A stretch of DNA of 64,000 nt from Bacteroidia bacterium (GCA_014378485.1 JACMNO010000048.1:943-64942); one strand, 5' to 3'. Counted from the first letter of the stretch, positions 20,854-30,931 are shown. Notes: a model not told the origin generated them from the letters alone. Program-made: numbers and translations.

Positions 20854-22881
20854 ATGTTAAAACAATTACTGCTTATTTCATTTTTAGTTTTTTCTGCCAT
20901 TTCTTTTGCGCAGGAAGAGGAGGAGAGTGCTTCCAAATTTTGTGTGGAGATTGATAATAAAAAAGCCTTGAAGTTATATGAAAAAGCGATCGATAAAAAG
21001 AAATATAAGAAACCGGAGCGCTTAGGATTTTTACGTGAATGCCTTGCAGAAGAGCCTGATTTTGCAGAAGCCAACATGGCAATGGCTAGAGAGATCGTGG
21101 TTCACAGTAAACTGGAAAATAAATCATTTGGTGCCGCTGTTCCTTTTTTTTATAAAGCCATTGGTGCTTGTCCTCAGATCCATTCCGAGGCTTATTATTA
21201 CATTGGTTTCAATTATTATGAAGAAACAAAGAATGATTCTGCTATCCATTACCTGACTAAATTTATTAAGTTTAAGGATGATGACGATAAAAAATTCGGA
21301 AAGGAATATGAAGGCCAGATTTACCAGGCCAAGGAAATGATCAAATACGCGAAAAAAGAAAGCGAACTTAAAAAAAAGATCGTTCCTTTTGATCCGAAAG
21401 TAGTTACCGGCGTTTCCACCAAAACAGATGAGTATTTAGCATACATTTCTCCCGATGATAAGTTGTGTTTTTTTACACGTAAAGTCCCTTTTAAATCCAT
21501 GAATTCGGTGAAAGCACTGGATGGTGAAAAAGAAGTTTTCATGGTATCCACTAGAGACAAAACAGGTGTATTTAATGTAGGTGAAGAAATGTCACCACCT
21601 TTTAATACAACGGATGATAACCAGGGTGGTTGCACAATCTCTATCGATAATAAATTTCTATATTTTGCCATGAGCCGTCAGGAAGGCGGAGCACAACCCA
21701 ATTGTGATATTTATATGAGCAGGAATGAAAATGATTCCTGGAGTGATATTACAAAAATAGGCGCTAATGTAAATCATCCTGTTTATTGGGATTCTCAGCC
21801 AACATTAAGTGCAGATGGTAACTCCTTATATTTTGCCAGCGATAGACCCGGTGGATTTGGCGGTATTGATTTGTATGTTACGCGTAAAGATCAAAATACC
21901 GGAGTTTGGGGCGTTCCTCAAAACATGGGGCCAAAGATCAATACAGCAGGTCATGAAAAAACGCCATTCATTCACTCTGACAGTGAAACCTTGTATTTTA
22001 GCAGTGATGGGCATTTTGGTTTTGGTGGTATGGATATTTTCTTTATCCGAAAAAATGAAAAAGGAGAATGGATGGAACCTGAAAATATAGGTTACCCAAT
22101 CAACACAGGAACAGATGATGTAGGACTTTTTGTAAGCACGGATAGTAAAACCGGTTATTTCTTTTCATACGATGAAGGAAAAATGCGTGGCAAAGGTATA
22201 GGACGTTATGATTTGTATTCTTTTGAATTGTATAAGGAAGCTCGCCCGCAGGAAACAACTTTTTTAAGTGGTGAACTAAAAGATAAATCAGGTAATAAAA
22301 TTGCCGGCGCTAAGGTCGAAATTGTAAATACGGTTACTAAAGAGAAAACTTTGGCTGTGGTTGATTCTACAAATGGAACGTATATGGTAGCAGTGAATTT
22401 AAAAAAGAAAGATGATTTACTAATTACTGTAAAAAAAGATGACTATGCTTTCACTTCAAAAGTCATCAGTATTAAAGAAGCTAGTTTTGAGACACGGCCA
22501 AAGCCTATTGACATTGAAATAAATGAAGCAGAAGCAGGGAATTCGTTTGTTCTCAATAATTTATATTATAATGTTAATTCAGCAGACTTAAAACAGGAAT
22601 CCTTTATTGTCTTGGAATCCTTTGCGGAATATTTAGTAGACAACCCAGGTATAGCTATTGAGATCCAGGGACACACAGATAATGTAGGAGCAGTCAAAGC
22701 GAATGAAGCCTTATCTGCAAATCGTGCTTATACTGTTAAAGCGTTTTTGGAAGAAAAAGGAGTGGATGGTAAACGAATTACTGCCAAGGGATTCGGGCCA
22801 AATAAACCTATTGCAGCCAATACCAATGAAGAAGGAAAAGCCAAAAATAGACGGACAGAATTTTTAATTGTTTCGAAATAA
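20854..22881 (+). CDS. OmpA family protein with TolB-like (PD40) beta-propeller repeats
   Basis: 675 aa with a signal peptide and recurring PD40-like repeats (S.DG..LYFASDRPGG.GG.DLY). The C-terminal OmpA_C domain reads IEIQGHTDNVG....N..LS..RA..V...L...G....R....GFG...P.......N RRTEF. Confidence 0.88.
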   Translation: MLKQLLLISFLVFSAISFAQEEEESASKFCVEIDNKKALKLYEKAIDKKKYKKPERLGFLRECLAEEPDFAEANMAMAREIVVHSKLENKSFGAAVPFFYKAIGACPQIHSEAYYYIGFNYYEETKNDSAIHYLTKFIKFKDDDDKKFGKEYEGQIYQAKEMIKYAKKESELKKKIVPFDPKVVTGVSTKTDEYLAYISPDDKLCFFTRKVPFKSMNSVKALDGEKEVFMVSTRDKTGVFNVGEEMSPPFNTTDDNQGGCTISIDNKFLYFAMSRQEGGAQPNCDIYMSRNENDSWSDITKIGANVNHPVYWDSQPTLSADGNSLYFASDRPGGFGGIDLYVTRKDQNTGVWGVPQNMGPKINTAGHEKTPFIHSDSETLYFSSDGHFGFGGMDIFFIRKNEKGEWMEPENIGYPINTGTDDVGLFVSTDSKTGYFFSYDEGKMRGKGIGRYDLYSFELYKEARPQETTFLSGELKDKSGNKIAGAKVEIVNTVTKEKTLAVVDSTNGTYMVAVNLKKKDDLLITVKKDDYAFTSKVISIKEASFETRPKPIDIEINEAEAGNSFVLNNLYYNVNSADLKQESFIVLESFAEYLVDNPGIAIEIQGHTDNVGAVKANEALSANRAYTVKAFLEEKGVDGKRITAKGFGPNKPIAANTNEEGKAKNRRTEFLIVSK

Positions 22882-22889
22882 AAATAGTG

Positions 22890-23237
22890 CTAGGCTGTAC
22901 CTCTCCTGTTCTCAAACCTAAAAAAATCATAATAGTCCTCAATTGAGCCTAATACTAGATTTGTGATTGGATCCCATTGATTCATATTGTTTAAGGGAAA
23001 CCGGCCGGTCATGATACGCTGCAAACGATTGAAATTATAATTTATCTGTGTTCTTAAAATAACAACATCCGTTAGCGAATAATTGTTTTTTTTATAAATA
23101 TCAGAAAGGTCCTTTACCAGTGAGGCAGTATCCAGAAATGATTTACTTAGTTCCGTGTTCCCTTGCTTTTTATAAGTTTTACCGTACTGAATCAATTCAT
23201 TTTTAATTGATTCATGCTTCTCATAATTTGTCATAGT
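22890..23237 (-). CDS. Hypothetical protein (short form; the track ORF extends to 23318)
   Basis: I prefer the internal ATG (MTNYEKHES...) because a minus-strand TATTTTTG -7 box at 23298-23305 lies inside the longer ORF. No recognisable domain. Confidence 0.4.
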   Translation of the reverse strand, partial: TMTNYEKHESIKNELIQYGKTYKKQGNTELSKSFLDTASLVKDLSDIYKKNNYSLTDVVILRTQINYNFNRLQRIMTGRFPLNNMNQWDPITNLVLGSIEDYYDFFRFENRRGTA

Positions 23238-23416
23238 ACATTTTTTTGCAAAATATGAAGGTCTTACATCGAATGCCTTACACAATCTTATGTTTAACAA
23301 AAATACCCTATTATACATTTCGCATATGAACCTTAGAAGTTCTATAAATACTAATACAAGTTGTGATTTTTTAAATGCAACATCGTTGTGGCACTGATGT
23401 TTTAATTTTAGGCATT

Positions 23417-24191
23417 ATGAAAATTGCAACATACAATGTAAACGGTGTAAATGGAAGATTGCCTGTTTTACTCAGATGGTCAGAGTGTGCAAACCCAGAC
23501 ATCGTTAGTTTACAGGAACTTAAATCGCCTAATGAAAAATTTCCAAAAGGGGCTCTTAAAGATGCAGGTTATATAGGGATCTGGTATGGACAAAAAAGCT
23601 GGAACGGAGTAGCGATTCTTTCAAATAAATTTGAGGTGGAGGTCATAAGCCTTTCACTTCCGGGTAATATAGAAGATGAACAGAGTCGTTACTTAGAAGC
23701 AATGGGTAACGAAATATTAGTTTGCTGTCTATATTTACCTAGCGAGAATCCTGCACCGGGGCCAAAGTTCGATTATAAACTGGAATGGTTCAAACGTCTG
23801 AAAAAACATGCGGCTCAATTTCAAAAAGAGAAGGAACGTATTATTGGTTGGGGATTTTAATGTCATGCCAGCAGACCAGGATGTTTATAAACCGATGCGT
23901 TGTGTGGATGATGCCTTATTCAGACCGTTGGTGCGGAAGGCTTTATAGGAGTTACAAAAACAATGATGGATTGACGACATACGCAAACTTTATCCGGCCG
24001 AAATAATATATACCTTTTGAGATTATTTCCGGAATGCATATGGAAGAAATGCAGGTTTTCGGATTGACCACTTTTTACTAAACCCCGAATTAAGCAACCG
24101 ACTTGTTTCGGCGGGTGTTGATAAGGAAGTGTGTGGTTGGGAAAAGGCAAGTGATCATGCACCCGTTTGGACTACCACAAAAGATAAGTAG
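23417..24191 (+). pseudogene. xth: Exodeoxyribonuclease III (xth) pseudogene: 1 frameshift and 3 in-frame stops
   Basis: The N-terminal 148 aa (MKIATYNVNGVNGRLP...QELK...) are intact and end at the stop at 23858-23860. The remainder continues in another frame: DFNVMPADQDVYKP...FRPLVRKAL*ELQKQ*WIDDIRKLYPAEIIYTF*DYFRNAYGRNAGFRIDHFLLNPEL...SDHAPVWTTT. The stops are TAG at 23946, TGA at 23964 and TGA at 24018. Confidence 0.88.
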
Positions 24192-24262
24192 TACAATCGT
24201 ATGCTTAATAAAAAATCTCCTAATGATTCTTCATCTCTACCCAGCTTCTTTAGCTTTTAAAA

Positions 24263-24577
24263 TTAACCGTTTTCTTGCTCTTTAAGCTTGATTACTTTTT
24301 TAAAAATCAGAACCGACAATTCTCTTGTTCTGTTATCTAACAGTAAAGCAGATTGTTTCACTTGAAGTAATTTTTTATTTAATTGCGCAGGAGAATCGGC
24401 GGCAGTTCCATCTAAATAAGAAAGGTCTTGAATTTGAGCGGTGGGTTTCCTTACATTTTGAGATATAAAGACTAAAAGGTTTTCCAGTAATGCTATATAT
24501 TCTTTTTGGCCTGCTGTAATTGCTGACTTTTGTTTTAGCGATTCGTTTTTTCCTGGTTGTTGTGTATATGTTTGCAT
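24263..24577 (-). CDS. Hypothetical protein; resembles an isolated histidine-kinase dimerisation/phosphoacceptor helix with His replaced by Gln
   Basis: 104 aa. LENLLVFISQNVRKPTAQIQDL resembles the Bacteroidota PAS-kinase H-box pattern (..LF..SH.VR.P.A.I.GL), but has SQ instead of SH and lacks an ATPase domain. Confidence 0.35.
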   Translation of the reverse strand: MQTYTQQPGKNESLKQKSAITAGQKEYIALLENLLVFISQNVRKPTAQIQDLSYLDGTAADSPAQLNKKLLQVKQSALLLDNRTRELSVLIFKKVIKLKEQENG

Positions 24578-24702
24578 CTTTATTTTATAATGATAGCAAA
24601 GTTGGTGAGTAAATAAGGAAGTCTCTTATATTGCGTGAGTGGGAAGTTGTATTATTCACTGCTATTGAAGTGCTGTCTTCTTGTCGAAGACTTTGCCAAA
24701 TA

Positions 24703-25410
24703 TTAGGCTAATTTTGCCAGTTCATTCCATACTGTATCATCTGTTGATGGCTTACAAGTAATGCTGATTGGTTCCAGTTTGATAGGGTGAATGAATTCTG
24801 TTTTATAGGAATGCAAATGAATGAAAGGTGTTTGATTGGATCTGTCAAAACCATATTTTAAATCCCCCTTGATAGGGCAGCCAATAGCGGATAGCTGAGC
24901 TCTGATCTGGTGATGCCGGCCAGTATATAAATTGATTTCCAGTAAATGATAATTAGAAATAGAAGCAATTAAGGTATAGGATAATTCGGCTTTTAATGCT
25001 CCCGGCCTTTCTGTTGCAAACGCTTTGGAAGTATTCGTCTTCTCATTTTTGATGAGGTAGTGCGTTAAACGTTGTGTGATATGTGGAGGTTTATTTTTTA
25101 CAACAGCCCAATAAGTTTTTTGAATGGTTTTATCCCTAAACAGTTCATTCATACGAGACAACGCTTTACTGGTTTTGGCAAAAATTACAATTCCGGAGAC
25201 AGGCCTGTCCAAGCGATGGCATACCCCACAGAATACATTCCCCGGTTTATTGTCACGTTGTTTAATAAAGTTTTTTATTTTTTCTGATAAAGGCGTATCG
25301 CCGGTTTTATCTCCTTGTACAATTTCAGAAGCTTTTTTATTGATAACGATCAGGTGATTATCTTCATAAATGATCTGCCTGGCTTCAATAACTTCAGAAT
25401 GTGGGAACAT
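24703..25410 (-). CDS. RluA-family RNA pseudouridine synthase (no S4 domain)
   Basis: 235 aa with the catalytic motif HRLDRPVSG and the downstream TGRHHQIRAQL motif. Confidence 0.88.
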   Translation of the reverse strand: MFPHSEVIEARQIIYEDNHLIVINKKASEIVQGDKTGDTPLSEKIKNFIKQRDNKPGNVFCGVCHRLDRPVSGIVIFAKTSKALSRMNELFRDKTIQKTYWAVVKNKPPHITQRLTHYLIKNEKTNTSKAFATERPGALKAELSYTLIASISNYHLLEINLYTGRHHQIRAQLSAIGCPIKGDLKYGFDRSNQTPFIHLHSYKTEFIHPIKLEPISITCKPSTDDTVWNELAKLA

Positions 25411-25414
25411 AGGA

Positions 25415-27361
25415 CTAGTTAAAAATTAATTTGAATTCGAGTCGCCTGTTAACAGCATGTTCATCATCGCTACAGATGGCATTGTTAACGCAATTATTGA
25501 TCAGTTTTGTTTCACCGTAACCTTTAGCTATGATCCTTTCTGCATCAATTCCTTTGCTGATGATATAGGCTTTGGCGCTATTGGCGCGCTGCTCACTCAA
25601 TCTTAAATTATAAGGATCACTTCCTTTACTGTCGCTATGCGCACTTAACTCAATATTAAATTTTTCATTGCTTTTCATTGCCAATACTACTTTGTCCAAT
25701 GTCTGTTGTGATTGTGTCTGCAGTTCAACTTTGTTGAATTCAAACAATATGTTTTCTATTATGGTTTCGCCTTCCCCCGGTTTTGTTTTGGAGGATACTT
25801 CTCGGTCGATGATTGACAACCATGGGTCATCTACATAAATATCGGAAAAGCGACTTTGTTCTGTTGACAATGGTTTGTAGTTAAACCGGTGTCCTTTAAT
25901 TAAAGATACTAGTTTGATGAGATTATCATCATTATCAAACACTAAAATATTACTAAATGATTCCAGGATGTTTTTTTCATTTTCGGCCGTAATTAAAAAT
26001 TGTTTGGTGTACGGCAAATGTTTAAAAGAAAAATCCCCGTCCTTATTAGTCATGGCTGAATCGATTTTTTCAAAATTATCATTTAGTAATAATACTTTCA
26101 TATCAGAAAGCGGATTGTTTTTGTTATCTCCATATAACCTTCCTTTTACATTCATTTTTAGTTCTGACTCATCCATCACTAGATCGTTAAAGGAAGCACT
26201 AGAAACAGATAAAAATTTATAAATGAATTTTTTTCCGGATACAGAATCCAGGCGTTTAATAAATTTATCTTTAACACTGTATAAATTCATAATGAAATTT
26301 GTTTCTGCATCAGCACTATCGTAAGAAATTCTATATTCCACACCTGGAATGATGTTAGGGAAAAGGAAATTTCCTAAAGCATTTGTTTTGGTTTTTTGAA
26401 GGACATTATTTTTTTCGCCCAACAGATAAACTGTTTTATTAGAGGCCACTTTTTTTTCTGTGCCGTTTGTTGCCACTAATTTTCCTGCAATATTATATTT
26501 AAAATCTTTATCAGTTAATTTTTCGATCAGGTTGTTTCCTGCTGTTTTATTAAAAGTATAGTTTTGACCCGAGCTTCCAACTGCATCTATTTTAACTAAT
26601 CCACTGTTCTGTAATTTTATTTTATCATTATTGGGATTATCAGTGCTGTTTAAAATAAAGGTAATTCCATCAGCCTGCGCCGCATCCACACCCTGAAAAA
26701 CGAACATGCCATGGTCGGTAGTTTTGGAAGTGGAAATCACTTCTCCTTTTTTGTTGAGTAATGCAATAGTCTTGTTTTTTAATGGAGTTTGCTTGTCATT
26801 GTCAAGACTTAATTTTCCGGCGAGCTGAACAAACCCTTTTAATTTTGCTGTATTGATAAAAGGTACCATAGTGTCTTTTACAACCACTTCTTTTTTATAT
26901 ATATTCCTGATGAATTTATTCATGTAAACAGTATCATCCACAAATTTCGATTTTCCATCAAATACAATCTGATGAAACTGTTTAGTGAATTGATTAGTAT
27001 CAATATTATTTTCTTTTTGAAAAAAAGGAATATCCAGTGCGTATGTTATGCGGTAATGGCGTTTATTTTCAGGAATACCATCAGCGTAAACCCGGATAAA
27101 CATATTCTGACAAACGGTATTGATCAGGTAAATATCATACACATTCCCGAAAGCCAATGTGGTTTTAAAAGTGTTACTGTTTTTGGTACTGAATTCTGAA
27201 ATAAGTGTTGAGCCTTTCATTACTCTTACTTTGGTAAAATTAAGAGGTTGGTTGTTTAAAAAATTTCTGCCAACAAATTGCAGTTCGCCATCGTATTGTG
27301 CTTTTAATGAGAAGCTGATAATGGCAAATGCTATAAAAAGCACGCTTTTAAAAAAATTCAT
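25415..27361 (-). CDS. OmpA family protein (large N-terminal beta-rich region plus OmpA_C)
   Basis: The start is moved to MNFFKSVLFIAFAIISFSLKAQ (signal peptide), which removes the overlap with the kinase gene. The C-terminus reads IELSAHSDSKGSDPYNLRLSEQRANSAKAYIISKGI...GYGE...NRRLEF. Confidence 0.85.
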   Translation of the reverse strand: MNFFKSVLFIAFAIISFSLKAQYDGELQFVGRNFLNNQPLNFTKVRVMKGSTLISEFSTKNSNTFKTTLAFGNVYDIYLINTVCQNMFIRVYADGIPENKRHYRITYALDIPFFQKENNIDTNQFTKQFHQIVFDGKSKFVDDTVYMNKFIRNIYKKEVVVKDTMVPFINTAKLKGFVQLAGKLSLDNDKQTPLKNKTIALLNKKGEVISTSKTTDHGMFVFQGVDAAQADGITFILNSTDNPNNDKIKLQNSGLVKIDAVGSSGQNYTFNKTAGNNLIEKLTDKDFKYNIAGKLVATNGTEKKVASNKTVYLLGEKNNVLQKTKTNALGNFLFPNIIPGVEYRISYDSADAETNFIMNLYSVKDKFIKRLDSVSGKKFIYKFLSVSSASFNDLVMDESELKMNVKGRLYGDNKNNPLSDMKVLLLNDNFEKIDSAMTNKDGDFSFKHLPYTKQFLITAENEKNILESFSNILVFDNDDNLIKLVSLIKGHRFNYKPLSTEQSRFSDIYVDDPWLSIIDREVSSKTKPGEGETIIENILFEFNKVELQTQSQQTLDKVVLAMKSNEKFNIELSAHSDSKGSDPYNLRLSEQRANSAKAYIISKGIDAERIIAKGYGETKLINNCVNNAICSDDEHAVNRRLEFKLIFN

Positions 27362-27374
27362 ATATAAATATAAT

Positions 27375-27977
27375 TTATTTTTTAATTTTCTGTATGATTT
27401 CCAGAATTTCTTTACAACAAGTTTCCAGTGTTGCAGCATTATACTCTTTGATTGTTAAACTTAACACCACGGTATTGATCTTTCCGTTAACCATGTAATA
27501 TTTATCAAGTGTTTTTTTTAATTTCCTGAGATAAGTTTGCTTCAGACTTTTTTCGATCTCCCTTCCGCGTTTATGAATGTTCTTCACCAGCAGTTCTGTT
27601 GAGGTGTCTAAGTATACAACCAAATCTGGTGTAGGAAGCGTTTTTCGCAAAGGCTTAAAATGTTTTTTAAAGAACACAAAATCATCCGCTGATAAATTAG
27701 TTTTTGCAAAACAGAGGCATTTATCAAAATGGAAATCACTGACAGTGATAGTCCCCTTTTTAAGTGTGTTGAAATGATTCGTAAGTTGTTTCTGACGGTC
27801 AATCAAAAAGGAATATTCTGTAGGAAAAGCATAAGTCTCATTGTCGTTATAAAATAGCGGCAAAAGGGTATTGTCCTCAAATTGTTCCGGCAGGTAGGCT
27901 GCTTTTAATTTTTTAGATAGGGCTTTGGCCAGTGTACTTTTTCCCGAACCAATATTACCTTCAATACAAATAAACAT
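27375..27977 (-). CDS. Deoxynucleoside kinase
   Basis: 200 aa. MFICIEGNIGSGKSTLAKAL P-loop and FEDN.LLP.FY, typical of dNK/dGK family members. Confidence 0.85.
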   Translation of the reverse strand: MFICIEGNIGSGKSTLAKALSKKLKAAYLPEQFEDNTLLPLFYNDNETYAFPTEYSFLIDRQKQLTNHFNTLKKGTITVSDFHFDKCLCFAKTNLSADDFVFFKKHFKPLRKTLPTPDLVVYLDTSTELLVKNIHKRGREIEKSLKQTYLRKLKKTLDKYYMVNGKINTVVLSLTIKEYNAATLETCCKEILEIIQKIKK

Positions 27978-27985
27978 ATTATTGA

Positions 27986-28477
27986 TCAGATTTTAATTTG
28001 TTTGACTTCAGAGTTGTCTTCACACTCTATTAACAAATTAAAGATAGTTTTATTTAATAAAGGATGCAAATAATTTGATGCAATTTCGTTTAGAGGAATT
28101 AACACAAATCTTCTTAATTGTAACCTTGGGTGGGGTATAATCAAATCATCCGTATTAACAATAATATCATTATATAAAAGGATATCAATATCCAACGTCC
28201 TGGGTTCGTAAGTATGATTAAAAGTTCTTTCTCGTCCTAAACTTTTTTCAATAGCCAATAAGGCACTTATAAGTTCATTTGGTGTTAGTTTAGTTTCAAT
28301 TTTCACACATTGGTTCAAATAGGCCTTCTGATTTTCAACCCCCCAGGCTTCAGTTTCATAAACTTTTGATTTTGAGGTAATTTGTCCAACTATTTCATTG
28401 ATTTTTATAAGTGCCAGATGAAGGGCATTTTCTCTATTACCAATATTACCGCCTAAACATAAATACGCACTGTTCAT
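27986..28477 (-). CDS. folK: 2-amino-4-hydroxy-6-hydroxymethyldihydropteridine diphosphokinase
   Basis: The start is moved to MNSAYLCLGGNIGNRE (canonical HPPK N-terminus), which removes the overlap with sppA. TLDIDILLY and IPHPRL motifs are present. Confidence 0.88.
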   Translation of the reverse strand: MNSAYLCLGGNIGNRENALHLALIKINEIVGQITSKSKVYETEAWGVENQKAYLNQCVKIETKLTPNELISALLAIEKSLGRERTFNHTYEPRTLDIDILLYNDIIVNTDDLIIPHPRLQLRRFVLIPLNEIASNYLHPLLNKTIFNLLIECEDNSEVKQIKI

Positions 28478-28548
28478 ATAATTATTGGTAAAAATACAAG
28501 AATGTAAGCTAAATTGGCTAATCGAAATAAATAATTTTAAAAAATAAA

Positions 28549-30324
28549 ATGAAACAATTTTTTGGAGCTTTTTTTGGCTCATGTTTAGGAATTTTAGTGA
28601 CCGGTGTGGTCATCATTATTATTGTTATAGCTTCTATTACCAGTGTATTTTCAGAAGCAATGAAAATGAATACGCATTCCGGTTACAGTCCAACGGAGAA
28701 TTCTGTTTTAAGAATCGACCTGAACGGCGATATTAAAGAAAGAAGCGTTAAAAACCCTTTTGGTGATCTTGATCTGGGACCATTTATGCCCAAGGCTACA
28801 GTGGGACTGAATGATATTATTGATAATTTAAAGAAAGCAAAAGATGATAAAAATATTAAAGGAATTTATTTAGAGATAAGTGACCCGGTTGCAGGCTTTG
28901 CTACTTTAGAAGAAGTGCGCCATGCTTTACTGGATTTTAAAACATCGGGTAAATTTATTTATGCTTATTCAGAGACCTATTCACAAAAAGCATATTACCT
29001 CGCAACAACAGCTAACAAGGTTTACCTTAACCCACAGGGAGGAATGGAGATTAAAGGTTTAAGTTCCCAAATAATGTTCTTTAAAAGAATGCTTGAAAAA
29101 CTCGACATGGAAGTTCAGATTTTTAGACATGGTAAATTTAAAAGTGCTATTGAACCATTTATGCTGGACAAAATGAGTGAGGCTAACCGCTCACAGGTTG
29201 AAATATATTTGGGTTCTTTATGGAATCACATGACAGCCGGTATTGCTAAAAGCAGAAGTATTACTGTGAAAGATATCAATGACATGGCGGATCATTTGTC
29301 CATCAGAAGCCCGGAAGACGCATTGATTCATAAGTTGGTAGATGATTTAAAATATGAAGATGAAGTATATAGTCTCATCAGAAAGCAAATTCATATGGGA
29401 GAAAGTGAAAAAATTCATTTTGTGTCGTTGGATGATTATTCAGATGCTTATAGTAAATCCAAATTATCAAAAGATAAAATTGCAGTGATATACGCAGTTG
29501 GAGAAATTGAAAGCGGTGATGGCAGTGATGAAAAAATTGGAAGCGATCGCATCGTCAAAGCCATTCGTGATGCGCGTTTGGATAAAAATGTCAAAGCAAT
29601 CGTATTACGTGTCAATTCACCGGGAGGAAGTGCTTTAGCTTCTGATGTGATCTGGAGAGAAACAGTTTTGGCGCAAAAAACAAAACCCTTTATTGTTTCC
29701 ATGGGCGATGTAGCTGCCAGTGGTGGCTACTACATCAGTTGCGCGGCTGACCGGATTTTTGCTCAGCCAAATACAATCACAGGTTCTATAGGAGTATTTG
29801 GAATGATCCCAAATGCCCAAAAAGCTTTGTCCGAAAAATTAGGAATTACCATCGACACAGTAAATACCAATAAACACAGTGATGTAGGAACTATATTGAG
29901 AAGAGCAACTCCTGATGAATACCAATACATACAGCAAAGTGTTGAACATATTTATGATGTGTTTATTTCTAAAGTAGCGATTGGAAGAAAGACCACTAAG
30001 AATAATATTGACAGTATCGGACAAGGAAGAGTTTGGAGTGGGGCAGATGCAATTAAAATAAACCTCGTAGATGAGCTGGGAGGAATCAATGATGCAATTC
30101 ATTATGCAGCTAAGCAGGCTAAAATCACTGATTATAAAATTCTCGAACTTCCAAAACAAAAAGATCCTTTGCAGGAATTATTGGGACATACCGAAGAAGA
30201 AATGGAAACTCGTGCCATGAAATCTAATTTAGGCAATCAGTATTTATATGTCAAGCAATTAAAAAATGTATTAAAATTGAAAGGTGTGCAGGCGAGATTA
30301 CCTTATGAGATGATTATTGAGTAA
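28549..30324 (+). CDS. sppA: Signal peptide peptidase SppA, 67K type (two S49 domains)
   Basis: 591 aa with an N-terminal TM helix and duplicated S49 regions. The second carries SMGDVAASGGYYISCAAD (catalytic Ser). Confidence 0.9.
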   Translation: MKQFFGAFFGSCLGILVTGVVIIIIVIASITSVFSEAMKMNTHSGYSPTENSVLRIDLNGDIKERSVKNPFGDLDLGPFMPKATVGLNDIIDNLKKAKDDKNIKGIYLEISDPVAGFATLEEVRHALLDFKTSGKFIYAYSETYSQKAYYLATTANKVYLNPQGGMEIKGLSSQIMFFKRMLEKLDMEVQIFRHGKFKSAIEPFMLDKMSEANRSQVEIYLGSLWNHMTAGIAKSRSITVKDINDMADHLSIRSPEDALIHKLVDDLKYEDEVYSLIRKQIHMGESEKIHFVSLDDYSDAYSKSKLSKDKIAVIYAVGEIESGDGSDEKIGSDRIVKAIRDARLDKNVKAIVLRVNSPGGSALASDVIWRETVLAQKTKPFIVSMGDVAASGGYYISCAADRIFAQPNTITGSIGVFGMIPNAQKALSEKLGITIDTVNTNKHSDVGTILRRATPDEYQYIQQSVEHIYDVFISKVAIGRKTTKNNIDSIGQGRVWSGADAIKINLVDELGGINDAIHYAAKQAKITDYKILELPKQKDPLQELLGHTEEEMETRAMKSNLGNQYLYVKQLKNVLKLKGVQARLPYEMIIE

Positions 30325-30345
30325 TTTCAGAAAAAACAAACTTTT

Positions 30346-30375
30346 AAAGCCCACCTTTAAAGGTGGGCTTTTTTG
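30346..30375 (+). terminator. Rho-independent terminator after sppA
   Basis: AAAGCCCACCTttaaAGGTGGGCTTTTTTG is a perfect 9-10 bp GC-rich stem followed by a T-run, 22 nt after the stop. Confidence 0.85.
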
Positions 30376-30463
30376 TTAACCGGATTATATGCTAACATTT
30401 TTTAAGAATTGCATTCTCAATAAACTGTTTTTAATACCTATTTTCACTAAAAATTATTTGATC

Positions 30464-30931
30464 ATGAAGAAGATGTTGGCGCTTTTGTTTTCCTTATTTG
30501 CTTTGCAATGCATTTCTCAAAATGCTCTGAAGCCTGTAACTTGGAATGTCTCTTATGTTGAAAAATCAGCAACTGAAGGTGAAATTGTATTTAAGGCAGT
30601 GATTGAAAAGAAGTGGCATATTTATTCTCAGCGGCCTACAGATGTTGGGCCAATACCAACTTCGTTCACGGTTAGCCCTAATGTCTCGATTGAATTGATA
30701 GGAAAAACAGAAGAAATGGAAGCGCATGAAGAATTTGTGGCTGCTTTTGATGCCAAAGTATTTGTATTTTCGGGAGAAACTGTTTTTAAACAAAAAGTAA
30801 AGCGCAAAAGCAATAATGCTATTTTGATAAATACTTCATTGGAATTCATGACCTGTAATGATGTTCAATGTTTGCCACCAAGTACTTTAAATTTTATCGT
30901 AACTATTCCCGAATCTCCTTTCAAAAAATAG
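30464..30931 (+). CDS. Stand-alone DsbD N-terminal (alpha-domain-like) protein
   Basis: The start is moved to MKKMLALLFSLFALQCISQ (signal peptide). KPVTWNVSY....GEIVFKAVIEKKWHIYS and the C-terminal C..VQCLPP parallel the N-terminal domain of the adjacent DsbD (VHFKLS....YDLLFNATIDAPWHMYS ... C.EEKCIFPP). Confidence 0.7.
   Translation: MKKMLALLFSLFALQCISQNALKPVTWNVSYVEKSATEGEIVFKAVIEKKWHIYSQRPTDVGPIPTSFTVSPNVSIELIGKTEEMEAHEEFVAAFDAKVFVFSGETVFKQKVKRKSNNAILINTSLEFMTCNDVQCLPPSTLNFIVTIPESPFKK

Noticed and set aside
23946-24020. Possibility that in-frame TGA codons in xth are read as Trp or Sec (alternative code or recoding)
   Set aside because: The same gene uses TGG for Trp elsewhere (WEK, VW), and many genes in the window terminate with TGA. 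One of the interrupting stops is TAG and there is also a frameshift. A pseudogene is the simpler explanation.
24676-24692. GTCTTCttgtcGAAGAC hairpin downstream of the RluA-family gene as a terminator
   Set aside because: The stem is short (6 bp) and there is no T-run on the relevant minus strand. It is not convincing as an intrinsic terminator.
27362-27439. N-terminal extensions in the ORF track (27439, 28582, 30389, 30993, 55020, 63069, 37822, 23375, 23318)
   Set aside because: In each case an internal ATG gives a canonical N-terminus or signal peptide and removes an overlap with the neighbouring gene. Several track starts are TTG codons in promoter-like AT-rich DNA.
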